From: Nitrospirota bacterium
Lineage (GTDB): Bacteria; Nitrospirota; UBA9217
DNA length: 64,000 bases
Direction of reading: 5' to 3'
Assembly: GCA_963740085.1 (NCBI GenBank)
Contig: CAVUCU010000001.1
Span: 320,001 to 384,000, forward strand
In this document: positions 9,528 through 20,276 of the stretch, piece by piece
Layout: every line of letters begins with the position of its first letter
Numbering within the stretch: the stretch's first letter is position 1
Made by a program: the position numbers and the translations under genes
The notes under the pieces: model-generated
What the model saw: the letters and a program-made list of their open reading frames with translations, nothing else
Databases searched by the model: none
Told to the model about the DNA's origin: nothing

Positions 9528-10004
9528 ATGAAAACAATCAGTATGAGAGAGAAGATCGGGCTGTTGGCAGTAAGTGCGTTCGTGGCTACCGCGATCCTCA
9601 CGGCGTGCCAAAGTGGCCCGCCGCAGATCAGCATCGATGGGGCCCGGGCCGAGTTGTCCCCCGCTATTATAGGCGAAGCTATGGTGACTATGAATATCAA
9701 GAACGAAGGTGGAGCGGATGTGCTCACGGGAGTAAAGATTGACATACCGGGTGCAAGGGCTTTATTTCACGTTATGCAGGGCGAGCGCATGGTGAGTGCA
9801 GACAGAGTGAAAATCCCGGCGAAAGGGAACATGGAATTGAAGATGGGCGGCAGCCACATCATGATTCAGGATATGCCTAAGACCATAAAGGAAGGTTCTC
9901 GGTTCAACGTGACGCTGACCTTTGAGAAATCAGGAGAGAAGCAGATACCGCTGACGCTTCAGGGGGCCGCCGCAATGCCCATGGGGCATGGACACCACAT
10001 GTAA
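9528..10004 (+). CDS. Copper chaperone PCu(A)C family lipoprotein
   Basis: GGAGG SD, lipobox ILTAC, H..M...M...GGSHIM copper motif, His/Met-rich tail (MPMGHGHHM). Confidence 0.85.
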   Translation: MKTISMREKIGLLAVSAFVATAILTACQSGPPQISIDGARAELSPAIIGEAMVTMNIKNEGGADVLTGVKIDIPGARALFHVMQGERMVSADRVKIPAKGNMELKMGGSHIMIQDMPKTIKEGSRFNVTLTFEKSGEKQIPLTLQGAAAMPMGHGHHM

Positions 10005-10164
10005 CGAATGGTATATCCATTCTTACCGCGCTTGAAAGCAGGCGAACGTGACTGCCTGCTCTGTTCCAATGAAGTAAAGTATTTCAGTTGGATATATGCT
10101 GTCGAACCTGCCTGTCCCTCCCGTAAACAGGAATGACGACAGGTATTGTGCTAAAAAGGGGCGC

Positions 10165-10689
10165 ATGAAACAAAACTTTGCAGCCATTTTATTGTTGTCG
10201 ACAATAGTGGTTTTCTGCGCGGGGTGTGCAGCGGAACCAGGCATCGACAAAGGGAAATTCTCGGAATTGAACCGGACCGCGCTGGACCTGCAGGCTTCAC
10301 TCACATCGGGAAAACCCTGTGCAATGCCTGATACCTTGCTGCAACGACTTGATTCCGGGACGGCGGCCTTAAAAAACGGGACGACCTCAGAGGGGGAGCG
10401 CGACCTGCTCGCGGCCTACGTTAACCTTTTGACTACCTACAAAGACGGTTTGCTGCTTTGCAAATACCGGACCCATCTCTCTCAATTTCAATTCGTTCCC
10501 AGAGGACGCATCTATGTGTTTCAAGAACTTGATCCGCTGGTTCAGAAATATGATCTTTCAACAGAGAGCCATCTGTATCGGCCCACTGGGCTGAATTGGC
10601 GGAGCATTGACGGAAATTCGATAAAGGTGATCTGGAAAAGCGCGGAGTTCCAGATAAAGATCATAGAAAACATGTTTAATTATAGTTGA
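10165..10689 (+). CDS. Hypothetical lipoprotein
   Basis: Signal peptide with CAGC lipobox and 174-aa open frame. No recognisable family. Confidence 0.65.
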   Translation: MKQNFAAILLLSTIVVFCAGCAAEPGIDKGKFSELNRTALDLQASLTSGKPCAMPDTLLQRLDSGTAALKNGTTSEGERDLLAAYVNLLTTYKDGLLLCKYRTHLSQFQFVPRGRIYVFQELDPLVQKYDLSTESHLYRPTGLNWRSIDGNSIKVIWKSAEFQIKIIENMFNYS

Positions 10690-11018
10690 GGTTATTATAT
10701 CCGCCCCCCACCCGTGCCGCCGATGTACAGGATTCAATCCATATTCGATATTCGTTGCGCTGGTCGAATTTGCCTGCTCGGCGTTGAACGCTGTGCATTC
10801 TGCCCTTATATAACCCTTCCCGTTGATAATTACTAAATACGCCTTCCCAAACGATTCGGAACCTATCACACCGTCGGCTTTAAATGTCTCCGGATATCGG
10901 GCAGAAACACAACTATCGTATCGAGCGGGCTTTTTTCGCTCTACAAAGAACGCTGTTTCAGCATTCCGTTCAGAGCCGACTCAGGTGAAATATAATTTCC
11001 GTCAAATCACATATTCTT

Positions 11019-11047
11019 TTGACAATACGAAGGTATTGCTTTATATT
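11019..11047 (+). promoter_or_regulatory. Sigma70-type promoter of mtnA
   Basis: TTGACA, 17-nt spacer, TATATT. AAGGAG SD downstream. Confidence 0.5.
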
Positions 11048-11103
11048 TACGTTAATATCACTCGGTTTCCTCAATACAATTAAACAATAAAGGAGCTTCA
11101 CCC

Positions 11104-12165
11104 ATGATCCCGACCGTTGAATGGAAGAACGGCGTCGTACGGATGCTGGACCAGACGAAACTGCCTTTCGAGACCGTGTACAACGAGTGCAAGGACTATC
11201 AGACCGTGGCAAAGGGCATCAAGGGGCTCTGGGTGAGAGGTGCGCCGGCGATCGGCGTCTCCGCAGCCATGGGCCTGGCGCTCGGTGCACGTCAGATCAC
11301 TGCCGGTTCATTCGAAGAGTTCTGGCCGAAGTTTGAAGAGATCTGCTCCTCCATGTCGGCCACGCGCCCGACAGCGGTGAACCTCTTCTGGGCCATCGAT
11401 CGGATCAAAAAGTTTGTGCAGGCCAACGGGGACAAGGATCTTGACACACTGCGCGCAATGCTGGTAGAGGAGTCCCAGCGCATGCACGACGAGGATATCG
11501 AGACGAACATGCGGATAGGCGGCTATGGAGCACGATTTGTTTCTGACGATGACAATCTCATCACTCACTGCAATGCGGGCTCCATCGCGACAGCGGGCTA
11601 CGGGACCGCCGAAGGTGTTATGCGCTCCGCGGTGGCTGAAGGGAAAAAGATCCACGTTTACGTCGATGAAACCCGTCCCGTTCTTCAGGGCGCCCGCCTG
11701 ACCGCCTGGGAACTCATGCAGGAGAACATCCCCTGCACACTGATCACGGACAGCATGGCCGGCTACTTCATGTACCGCGATATGATCGACCTGGCAATCG
11801 TGGGCGCTGACCGCATCGCCGCAAACGGCGACGTGGCGAACAAGATAGGGACTTACGGCCTCGCGGTCCTCTGCAAGGAGCATGGCATCCCCTTCTACGT
11901 TGCCGCGCCGCTCTCGACCATCGACTTTACCATGGAATCAGGGTTCCTCATCCCTATTGAAGAACGCGATCCCCGCGAGGTCACCCATGTTTTCGGCAAG
12001 GTCCAGATTGCGCCTGATGGCGTAAAGGTGGCTAATCCGGCGTTCGATGTGACACCGGCCCGCTACGTAACCGCTATCATCACCGAAGTCGGCGCCTTCC
12101 ACCCGAAGGACATCCACAAGCTTGCCGATGGGAACATCGATCCGGATAAAATCAGAATGAAATAG
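11104..12165 (+). CDS. mtnA: S-methyl-5-thioribose-1-phosphate isomerase
   Basis: VRGAPAIG, TRPTAVNL, THCNAG, ETRPVLQGARLTAWEL, NKIGTY and NPAFDVTP motifs. Confidence 0.96.
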   Translation: MIPTVEWKNGVVRMLDQTKLPFETVYNECKDYQTVAKGIKGLWVRGAPAIGVSAAMGLALGARQITAGSFEEFWPKFEEICSSMSATRPTAVNLFWAIDRIKKFVQANGDKDLDTLRAMLVEESQRMHDEDIETNMRIGGYGARFVSDDDNLITHCNAGSIATAGYGTAEGVMRSAVAEGKKIHVYVDETRPVLQGARLTAWELMQENIPCTLITDSMAGYFMYRDMIDLAIVGADRIAANGDVANKIGTYGLAVLCKEHGIPFYVAAPLSTIDFTMESGFLIPIEERDPREVTHVFGKVQIAPDGVKVANPAFDVTPARYVTAIITEVGAFHPKDIHKLADGNIDPDKIRMK

Positions 12166-12201
12166 CATCTGTTGAGAGAGCGGGTGATGAAGATCTGGGG
12201 G

Positions 12202-12237
12202 GAACTCCGAACTTTGTCCCCTGAACCCTGAACCCGG
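12202..12237. repeat. Heptamer repeat remnant (gaactcc / ctgaacc)
   Basis: gaactccgaact...ccctgaaccctgaacccgg. Confidence 0.45.
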
Positions 12238-12270
12238 TACCCAATGCTCTCATCTCACCACGGAGGCCGA

Positions 12271-13353
12271 ATGAAACAGACCGTTCTCCATCAAAAACAT
12301 CTTCAGGTAAATGCAAAGATGACGGAATACCAGGACTGGCAGATCCCTCTCCAGTTCTCCGACGTGCTGGCAGAATACCAGGCTGTGCGCGCAGCTGCCG
12401 GGCTGTTCGATATCGGTTACCTGGGCAGGATCGAGATCACCGGATTGGGCGTTAATGCTTTTCTTCAGAACATACTCACCAGAAATATTGATAAGATTGC
12501 GATCGGCTCCGTTCACTATGGCCTCATCTGTAATGAGTCCGGGTTCATTCTTGACGATATCCTCATCCTTCGCCTCGCAGGCAACCAATACCTGCTCACC
12601 ACGAATGCGGGCAATACCGGCAAAATACTTCTGTGGCTCAAAAAGCATGCACCCGATGACGTCCGCCTGACCGATAAAACAACGGCCCTCGCGCAATTTG
12701 CGCTGCAGGGACCGCAATCGTTCCCACTCCTCGAGAAACTCATTGTACGCCACCTGATTAAAATGAAGCCGCGAGTGGTGCGGGAATTGACCATACAGGA
12801 CATCATTGTCACGATTTCAAGAACCGGCTACACCGGAGACCATGCGTATGAGATCTTCGTGCCCTCTGGCCGCGCCGAGGCACTCTGGGACGCGATCATG
12901 GCCGCCGGAAGCGACATGGGTCTTCTCCCCTGCGGCTATGCCTGCAGGGACATCCTGCGCCTGGAAACAGGGCATCTTTTGTACGGGAGCGACCTTGATG
13001 AAACGCGCACTCCGCTCGAAGCCGGGCTGGGATCGTTGGTTGATTTCAGCAAAGAGTTTATCGGCAAAGAGGCCTTGCTTAAGCTCCAGACCGAAGGGCC
13101 GAAACAAAAATTGGCCGGGTTTATCCTCGTCGACAAAGGTGTGCCGAAGAGCGGCGGCAGCATCTTTTCGGAAAGCCGTGAGATCGGCGTCGTTACCAGC
13201 GGCGTCCAATCGCCCCACCGCCGCACCGGCATCGGGCTCGGTTATGTCGTGAGCCGCTATGCCCAGGCGGGACAAGAGATCGAGATCGAGGTCCGTGACA
13301 GGGAGATCGCGGCAAAGATCGTTGACCTGCCGTTTTACCGAAAAAAGGTCTGA
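12271..13353 (+). CDS. gcvT: Glycine cleavage system aminomethyltransferase T
   Basis: GLFDI, ALQGP, SRTGYTG..YEI, RDILRLE.G and terminal PFY motifs. Confidence 0.88.
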   Translation: MKQTVLHQKHLQVNAKMTEYQDWQIPLQFSDVLAEYQAVRAAAGLFDIGYLGRIEITGLGVNAFLQNILTRNIDKIAIGSVHYGLICNESGFILDDILILRLAGNQYLLTTNAGNTGKILLWLKKHAPDDVRLTDKTTALAQFALQGPQSFPLLEKLIVRHLIKMKPRVVRELTIQDIIVTISRTGYTGDHAYEIFVPSGRAEALWDAIMAAGSDMGLLPCGYACRDILRLETGHLLYGSDLDETRTPLEAGLGSLVDFSKEFIGKEALLKLQTEGPKQKLAGFILVDKGVPKSGGSIFSESREIGVVTSGVQSPHRRTGIGLGYVVSRYAQAGQEIEIEVRDREIAAKIVDLPFYRKKV

Positions 13354-13476
13354 TCAACGATCAGGCGTCTCTTTAATCCCCTGAGGACGGGGAATCCTTC
13401 TCTTAATTCTTGACGCTCCCAGCGGCCCCAACGTATACTATGCTTGCCCTTTGATACGGAGAAAGCGGATACGATA

Positions 13477-13700
13477 ATGAAAAAGGTGCTGTTGACGAAT
13501 GAGGTGAAGGCCCTCATTGGAAGGAAAAGCAGTTTTCTCGATCGCGCCGATATCACGGTGTTTACTGCGGCCACGAACGCCGAAGTGCTTAAAGTTCACC
13601 GGGATGAAGGGGTATCGCTCATTGTCACGCACCTGGACACGCCGGATCGTGACGGCAAAGAGGGTGAAGAAGTATCTGTCTTCGGGAAAGGCAGGCTTCG
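13477..13700 (+). pseudogene. Truncated response-regulator receiver-like gene fragment
   Basis: MKKVLL...FLDRADITVFTAATNAEVLKVHRDEGVSLIVTHLDTP resembles receiver beta1-beta3, then similarity is lost. End coordinate approximate. Confidence 0.5.
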
Positions 13701-13732
13701 CGACCATGCCTTTAAGCGCAGCAGGAGGCAAC

Positions 13733-14107
13733 ATGCAATTCTTTATTTTTCTGGCCCTGTTCGTGACGTTGTTATTTCTGCCCGGAGTAGGCCCCGCGGA
13801 GACAATCGAAGAGTGTCAAAATAATTGCTCCACCGACCTGGCAGCGAGCATCGCAACCTGCCCGCCGGCCACGGAAGAAAAAGAGACTGATCAGACTCAC
13901 CAAAAGTGCCGGCAGGAAGTCCAGGAGGCTTTAAGGGCTTGTCACGAGGTATGCCGGCATGCCGCGTCGATGGAAGCTCCGATGGATACACCCGCAGAAG
14001 AGACGAAAGATTCACCACAGGATGGGCTGACAAGTATGCCTCCGGTCGCACCGCCGGAATCACCCCAGGAAATGCCTCAGGACACGCCCCCGGATGAACC
14101 AAAATAG
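13733..14107 (+). CDS. Secreted Cys-rich protein with Pro-rich tetrapeptide-repeat tail
   Basis: GGAGG SD, hydrophobic signal peptide, six Cys spaced 3-10-15-10-3, about 10 degenerate xPx(D/E) repeats. Confidence 0.7.
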   Translation: MQFFIFLALFVTLLFLPGVGPAETIEECQNNCSTDLAASIATCPPATEEKETDQTHQKCRQEVQEALRACHEVCRHAASMEAPMDTPAEETKDSPQDGLTSMPPVAPPESPQEMPQDTPPDEPK

Positions 14108-14196
14108 TTGTCTTTGGATACGCACTGTGGCTCCCGGCACTCGACCGCACGGGCGTTTTCAGGGCCCGGCATATCATAATTTTAGGAGGTAAAATC

Positions 14197-14384
14197 ATGC
14201 ATTGTAATGTCGGAACGCTGGACAGGGTGGAGAATATTCAATGTGCCGCCTTCATGCTTGTCGGGGTATCGGAGTTTGGCAATATGTGTTAGGAGGATAT
14301 GGTTTGATCAGATCCCTGACGGGACTGTTTGCCTTCTGTCCCGGATATCTCCCTTTCAATTATTCTACGAAGAGCAAAACCTGA
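14197..14384 (+). pseudogene. Frameshifted DUF2892 (YgaP-like) small membrane protein
   Basis: AGGAGG SD, then MHCNVGTLDRV. In another frame: GVWQYVLGGYGLIRSLTGLFAFCPGYLPFNYSTKSKT*. Length 188 nt is not a multiple of 3. Confidence 0.75.
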
Positions 14385-14551
14385 TCCTCCATCTGCTCCC
14401 GGAAGATGGCATTTTCATGATCGCCCCCCTGTCCTCCATCCTGTTCGACCGCTATCCCGGAAACTGCTTCCCTCTCAATACATTGTTTTATTGCCCGTCC
14501 CTTTTGCTCTTCTCCCTTTGCCACTCTGTGACTTTATGGTAATATGTCCTC

Positions 14552-16993
14552 ATGGAAACTAAAAAAGCCGTCATCCCGGTCAAAGGCATGACCTGCGTGA
14601 ACTGCGCTGCAGCGATACAGAAGGACATTTCACGGCTCGTTGGCGTACAAAGCGCGAATGTCAATTATGCCAATGAAAAAGCCGTCGTCGAGTTCGATCC
14701 TGCCGTTACCGGTCTGGATAAGTTCATATCCAGCATTCATGAATCAGGTTATCAGGCGGTCACGGAAACGGTCTTCATGCCGATCATCGATCTTGACGTC
14801 TCGCGTTCACAAGAGCTTGGGCGCTTAACAGAAGAAATCGACGGCGTGCTCAAGGCCGTCGTAAATCCCGCAGCCGGGACCGTGGAGATTGAATACGTCC
14901 CCGGCCAGATCGGTCTCAGGGATATCAGGAGGGCCATCGAGAAAGCCGGCTTCCGCGTGCCCCAGCAGATAGAAGGCCGATCTGCGCTCGACATCGAAAA
15001 AGAAGCCCGGAAAAGGGAGCTCGCGGAGATTCGCAACAAGCTCATCGTGAGCGCTGCCCTCTCGGCGCTCGTGATGATCGGCAGCTTCCAGGACATGCTC
15101 CCCTTCATCAGCATCCTCCCGCGCCGCACCATGTGGTTCATCCTGTTCCTGCTGGCCTCGCCGGTCCAGTTCTGGGCAGGCCGACACTTCTACCAGAATG
15201 CCTGGGCTTCGATCAAGCACGGCAGCACGAATATGAACACCCTCGTAGTCGTAGGGACAAGCGCGGCCTATGGCTACAGCGTGGTACTCACCTTCTTCCC
15301 TTCGCTGCTGGGCCATCAGGGTACCCACGGTGGCGTTTACTATGACACTGCCACGATGATCATCACGCTCATCTTGTTCGGGAAATATCTCGAGGCGCGG
15401 GCGAAATCGCGGGCCGGCGAAGCGATCAAAAAGCTCATGGGGCTTCAGCCCCGTACCGCGCGCGTGGTTCGTGAAGGCAAAGAACTTGATATTCCGATCG
15501 AAGACGTGGAGGCGGGCGACCTTGTCATGGTAAGACCGGGAGAGAAGATCCCCGTCGATGGCGTCATCCGTACTGGTTATTCCTCGATTGACGAAGCCAT
15601 GCTGACCGGAGAGAGCCTGCCGGTGGAGAAGAAAACCGGGGACACGGTCATCGGCGCAACGATCAATAAGACCGGCACGTTCACCTTCGAAGCGACCAAG
15701 GTGGGCAAGGATACCATGCTCTCCCAGATCATCCGCATGGTCCAGGAGGCCCAGGGCTCCAAGGCGCCGATCCAGCGCCTCGCAGACTATATTTCCAGCA
15801 TCTTCGTGCCCACTGTCATCTCGATCGGTATCGTGACTTTCGGTATCTGGTATTTCTTCGGCCCGGTGGAAACGAGATTCACCTTCGCTCTGGTGAATTT
15901 TATCGCCGTGCTGATCATCGCCTGTCCCTGCGCCATGGGGCTCGCCACGCCAACGGCTATCATGGTCGGAACCGGCAAAGGTGCCGAACAGGGCATCCTG
16001 TTCAAGAATGCCGAGAGCCTCGAACGGGCACAAAAGATCGATACCATAGTGCTGGATAAGACCGGTACGCTCACGCGCGGTGAGCCAATGGTCACGGACG
16101 TTATTCGAGACATCATGAGCGAACGGGAAATCCTCTTTTTCGCGGGGTCTGCGGAAAAAGGCTCTGAACACCCGCTCGGAGAGGCGATCGTGCGCAATGC
16201 GCTTGAAAAGAATATTGAGCTTGAACAAGCGGATGAATTCGAAGCACTTCCGGGCCATGGCATTCGGGCGGCGCTGAAAGGGAAAGAGGTCATCCTCGGC
16301 AACGAACGGCTCATGTCCGACCGGAAGATCAATTTCGGAAAACTCCTCAAAGAAGCGGAAAGGCTTTCAGCCCTCGGGAAAACACCCATGTTCGTGGCTG
16401 TTGACGGCAAGGCCGCGGGGATCATCGCGGTCGCCGACACGGTCAAAGATCATTCAAAAGAAGCCGTGGCCAAACTCAAAGCGCTCGGACTCGAGGTCGT
16501 GATGCTGACGGGCGATAATCGCCGCACAGCCCAGGCCATTGCCGACGAGCTCGGGATCACCCGCGTGCTGGCCGAGGTGCTGCCGCAGGACAAGATGAAC
16601 ACGGTGAAAAAGCTCCAGTCCGAGGGCAGTATTGTCGCCATGGTCGGAGACGGGATCAACGATGCCCCTGCCCTTACCCAGGCCGATATCGGCATCGCCA
16701 TCGGCACGGGCACGGATGTGGCCATTGAAGCATCGGACGTCACCCTGATCAAGGACGATCTCCGCGTGGTTGCCGTCGCGATGAGGCTTTCTCGCAGGAC
16801 CATGCAGACGATCAGGATGAACCTGTTCTGGGCATTCTTCTACAACATCATCGGCATCCCGGTCGCCGCAGGCGTGCTCTACCCGTTCCTTGGCGCCGCA
16901 GGACTGTTGAATCCGATGTACGCCTCGGCAGCCATGGCATTCAGCTCCGTGAGCGTGGTGTCGAACTCGCTCAGACTGAGAAGGTTCTCATAA
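14552..16993 (+). CDS. copA: Cu(+)-translocating P1B-type ATPase
   Basis: GMTCVNC metal-binding domain, [26 protein letters not shown] and MAFSS motifs. The second HMA-like domain lacks CxxC. Confidence 0.95.
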   Translation: METKKAVIPVKGMTCVNCAAAIQKDISRLVGVQSANVNYANEKAVVEFDPAVTGLDKFISSIHESGYQAVTETVFMPIIDLDVSRSQELGRLTEEIDGVLKAVVNPAAGTVEIEYVPGQIGLRDIRRAIEKAGFRVPQQIEGRSALDIEKEARKRELAEIRNKLIVSAALSALVMIGSFQDMLPFISILPRRTMWFILFLLASPVQFWAGRHFYQNAWASIKHGSTNMNTLVVVGTSAAYGYSVVLTFFPSLLGHQGTHGGVYYDTATMIITLILFGKYLEARAKSRAGEAIKKLMGLQPRTARVVREGKELDIPIEDVEAGDLVMVRPGEKIPVDGVIRTGYSSIDEAMLTGESLPVEKKTGDTVIGATINKTGTFTFEATKVGKDTMLSQIIRMVQEAQGSKAPIQRLADYISSIFVPTVISIGIVTFGIWYFFGPVETRFTFALVNFIAVLIIACPCAMGLATPTAIMVGTGKGAEQGILFKNAESLERAQKIDTIVLDKTGTLTRGEPMVTDVIRDIMSEREILFFAGSAEKGSEHPLGEAIVRNALEKNIELEQADEFEALPGHGIRAALKGKEVILGNERLMSDRKINFGKLLKEAERLSALGKTPMFVAVDGKAAGIIAVADTVKDHSKEAVAKLKALGLEVVMLTGDNRRTAQAIADELGITRVLAEVLPQDKMNTVKKLQSEGSIVAMVGDGINDAPALTQADIGIAIGTGTDVAIEASDVTLIKDDLRVVAVAMRLSRRTMQTIRMNLFWAFFYNIIGIPVAAGVLYPFLGAAGLLNPMYASAAMAFSSVSVVSNSLRLRRFS

Positions 16994-17047
16994 AATATCT
17001 AACCAGAATAAGCCGGAATAATAAAAGATCATAACTGAAATATCGTC

Positions 17048-17142
17048 TCTCGCAAAGACGCAAAGGACGGCAAGAATATCTTCAAGTATTGGTCTAAAAT
17101 AAAATGATTCGCCTTTCTTTGCGCACTTTGCGCCTTTGCGAG
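17048..17142. repeat. Paired inverted-repeat element (cgcaaag arms), homologous to copies at 38341 and 62336
   Basis: tctcgcaaagacgcaaaggacggcaag / ctttgcgcactttgcgcctttgcgag, with shared internal spacer sequence. Confidence 0.8.
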
Positions 17143-17187
17143 GAAACAAAACAATATTGATGATTTTTAATCCGTTCTGGTGAGTAC

Positions 17188-17634
17188 ATGAAATTCATCG
17201 CTGACGTCATGCTGGGCAGGCTTGCCAGGCGAATGCGGCTCCTCGGGCTCGATGTCCTCTACAACCGGACGTTGAATGACAACGAGATCATCCGCCTCTC
17301 GCTCGAACAAGACCGCGTGATCCTGACACGGGATAGGGCCCTCAGTGATCGGCCGCTGGCGGTGAACCATCTGTTCATCGACAGTGATCTCGTACAAGAC
17401 CAGATCGGCCAGGTACTTTCATCCTTCCCCCCTGAAACGCCCCTCGATCCGTTTTCCCGCTGTTCCGAGTGTAATGATCCCCTCGATCAAATCACGCGAG
17501 AGGAAGCACATGACCTTGTACCGCAACATGTTTATGAAAGTAAATATCTATTTTTGCGGTGTCCGCGATGCAAAAGGACCTATTGGCAAGGAACCCACGT
17601 GATAAGGATGGAAATCCCGGGACGGAAGAAATAG
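17188..17634 (+). CDS. Mut7-C RNase (PIN-like) domain protein
   Basis: FIADVMLGRLARRMRLLG.D, ILTRD, RC..CN and C..C...YW.GTH motifs. Confidence 0.9.
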   Translation: MKFIADVMLGRLARRMRLLGLDVLYNRTLNDNEIIRLSLEQDRVILTRDRALSDRPLAVNHLFIDSDLVQDQIGQVLSSFPPETPLDPFSRCSECNDPLDQITREEAHDLVPQHVYESKYLFLRCPRCKRTYWQGTHVIRMEIPGRKK

Positions 17635-17761
17635 ATACCTGAAGGGCTTACTCCCTTTGTCTTTTAGGTCGATTCAAAGAGAGAATATGGGGTAATGGTA
17701 AGAACTGAGGAGTAAAAAGTTCCGGACGGGTTGTGGTAACACTCAATTTACAAGTCATTTA

Positions 17762-18673
17762 CTATCGTGTCTGTGTCGGCGTTTGCTTTGTTTGCGGCGC
17801 CGACGGACCGGACGGCGCGGCTTTTTGCGTCTTCGTAACCGCTCCGGGCTGCCTCGGTCCGTACAATTCCTGAGACGGGATCTGCTGCTGCTCGTCGGGG
17901 AGACGCTTTTTCCGGGGCAATTTATTCTCCGACTGTATTTTTCTGTTCACGACGCCTGATGCAGTGATGGTCAAGTCCCTGACAACCTCGCTGCCGGGTT
18001 CATTCACCGTCAGTTCATGGCCGTTCAGTATCAGCTTGAGCGAGTTGGCGCTGCCGTAGCTCAACAGGAACCGCTCGTCGGCGCTCCAAATGAGACTGTC
18101 TCCTTTTTTCAGTAAAGCTTTCTTTTGCGGACTGTTATCGGTCCGCACCAGGAGCCAGGTATCTTCCAGGGCTACTACCTCAAGGTAGAGCTTGTCCGTT
18201 TGCATGACAAGACCCTTGGCTGTAACTGTTTGTCCGGTGGAAATCGTCGTTGAAACCTGCTTCGTTTCCTGCTGGGGCCGCTCGGACAGCGTCATGAACA
18301 TGAAGAGGATGAGTGCGATAACGATACCCGCGCCCCAAAGGAACGGCTCTATCTTGGTCGAACGAGGCATTTTTTTTTCACTGCTCGCGGCCGCCGGCTC
18401 CTTTTCCACAACGGGGCCCGCTTCAGACTTCGGGGCACTCGATTCCGAATATTTTTTCATGACCTGCGATTCATCGAGACGGAGAAACTTCCCGTAATTC
18501 TTCAGAAAACCCTTGACGAAAACCTCTCCGGGCAGTATGGAAAAATCTTCTGCTTCGAGTGCCTTAAGGTAAGAAACGCTGATACGGGTCTGCTGCGCAG
18601 CTTCATGCAGATCGATGCCGCGTGCCTCCCGGGCGCTGCGCAAATATTGTCCTAACGTCCCCATCCGTGTCAC
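17762..18673 (-). CDS. rodZ: RodZ-like HTH/DUF4115 membrane protein
   Basis: LGQYLRSARE HTH, LPGEVFVKGFLKNYG, single TM, DUF4115-like C domain. Confidence 0.85.
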   Translation of the reverse strand: MTRMGTLGQYLRSAREARGIDLHEAAQQTRISVSYLKALEAEDFSILPGEVFVKGFLKNYGKFLRLDESQVMKKYSESSAPKSEAGPVVEKEPAAASSEKKMPRSTKIEPFLWGAGIVIALILFMFMTLSERPQQETKQVSTTISTGQTVTAKGLVMQTDKLYLEVVALEDTWLLVRTDNSPQKKALLKKGDSLIWSADERFLLSYGSANSLKLILNGHELTVNEPGSEVVRDLTITASGVVNRKIQSENKLPRKKRLPDEQQQIPSQELYGPRQPGAVTKTQKAAPSGPSAPQTKQTPTQTR

Positions 18674-19410
18674 CTCAGGATCTTGATATACTCGTTCGCC
18701 TTCCGAGACAGGTCGCTCTTCGGGGCCAGTTCAGCCGCTTTCTTAAACTCCGTAAGCGCCGACCTTTTGCTGCCTTCCTTGAGGTAGGCGAGGCCAAGGC
18801 TGTATCGCATATTCGCATTCTGAGGAGCAAGCCCGATACCCTCCTGGAACTCGCTGATCGCCTCTTTTGTTTTTCCGGCTTCTAACAACGCTGTACCGAG
18901 TTTGATAACGGTCCATTCGATATTGACAAACCGCTTGGACTCGCGGTATGCATCGGCGGCTTTTTCGTACTCTTTCTGCTCCATGTACAGATCGCCAAGA
19001 TTCAGGTACGGGATGTGGGGAGTCGTATAGAGTTTATTGGCAAGGGCCTTATTAAAAGCCTTGATCGCCTCTTTCCATTTTTTCTGCTTCGAATAAACAA
19101 CGCCAAGCGCGTTGTATGCCTCTGAATAAGCCGGGTCCTTGTCGATGGCCGTTTGATAGTATTTCGCTGCGTCATCGAGCTTTCCCTGGTAGTCGCTGAT
19201 AATACCCAAGCCGTAATAGGACTGTTTGAAGTTGCTGTCGTGTTGAATAGACCGGTTAAATTCAACGGACGCCATCTCGTAGTTTTTCTCCTGAAGGTAA
19301 GACAGGCCCTTCGAATAATACCCCTCCGCCATCTTTGACTTGTCGATCGTATTCCCGGTAGTAACGCATCCAATCAACGCCAGGAGAATTATCAATGCGA
19401 GTGTTCTCAT
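18670..19410 (-). CDS. TPR lipoprotein, type IV pilus pilotin-like (PilW/PilF/Tgl)
   Basis: Lipobox LIGC, multiple TPRs, LYTTP..PYLNLG motif, directly upstream of rodZ. Confidence 0.8.
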   Translation of the reverse strand: MRTLALIILLALIGCVTTGNTIDKSKMAEGYYSKGLSYLQEKNYEMASVEFNRSIQHDSNFKQSYYGLGIISDYQGKLDDAAKYYQTAIDKDPAYSEAYNALGVVYSKQKKWKEAIKAFNKALANKLYTTPHIPYLNLGDLYMEQKEYEKAADAYRESKRFVNIEWTVIKLGTALLEAGKTKEAISEFQEGIGLAPQNANMRYSLGLAYLKEGSKRSALTEFKKAAELAPKSDLSRKANEYIKILR

Positions 19411-19425
19411 TTCTTTACGCCCCTT

Positions 19426-20182
19426 TCAAAACGATGTAAGAAGACGGGCTAGCGCCTCCCGGTCCCGACTCACCACGCCGGTCGCGGAAAAAGTCCTTTT
19501 TGCCGTTTGCTTTGGCGGCATTTCGAGGCCGGTCGTCGTCTCTTTCCGCGCTATTTCCTGGCGGCGCTTTGTCGCTGCCGGCGGAGGGGCCGGGGACTGG
19601 ACGTCCTGCTTGACCGCCTCCATCACAGGAACCTCGCGTGTCCGTTCCTTTGCCTCCTCAGGGGCCTTAGGCAGAGGCTGTACGGAAGGCGCTGCCGGGG
19701 GCGGGGGTTCAGGCGTGCTTATCTCCCCGGTTTCCTGTACGGGCCGCTCCGGCGCTGCCGACGGCTGCGAAGCGGGGGGCCGCAGCGACCTCCGGTGGTG
19801 TTTTCGTGCTGAAGATACCCTGATTCTCGATCCATCTTTCCTTCTCCAGATCGGACATGCTCGCGAAATCTACCTCATCCATCATCGCACCCAGATACTC
19901 CGCAAAGTCGCGCGCCTCGTCCTCGATTTTCAACAGATGGTCTTCCAAAAAAGGGTTCTCGGAATGAGAATAGATAAGCTTCCGATCGGTAAGGAGTAAA
20001 TGAAGCCCGATATAAGCCGAGAGTCTGTCTCTCCCCTCGCGGAAAAAAAACACGTAGCTTCGCGCCTCCTCGAGACTCATCTCCGGAGTGGCAACCTGGT
20101 GGTTGTTCATGGAAAGGAGCACCTTGAACATGTTCTTTCCCTTCAGGTCTTTCTCAGTTATCTTCGGGTCGATCGTAAACAT
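19426..20182 (-). CDS. Conserved protein upstream of Tgl-like TPR gene (frameshifted at G6 run 19774-19779)
   Basis: Removing one G joins the 157-aa and 66-aa ORFs through a Pro/Ala linker into one protein ending ARLLTSF. Confidence 0.7.
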
Positions 20183-20276
20183 GGCTTGAATGTGTTCTCC
20201 AAATTAAAATCCAAAATTACAGCACAAGAGAGAGAATATTGCGCAAATGCCGAATCAGCCTGGTTTTGATTTTCCA

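Noticed and set aside
10558-10869. Minus-strand ORF with an ATNIEYGL Flp-pilin-like motif
   Set aside because: No hydrophobic helix follows, the prepilin Gly is missing, and the ORF overlaps a better gene.
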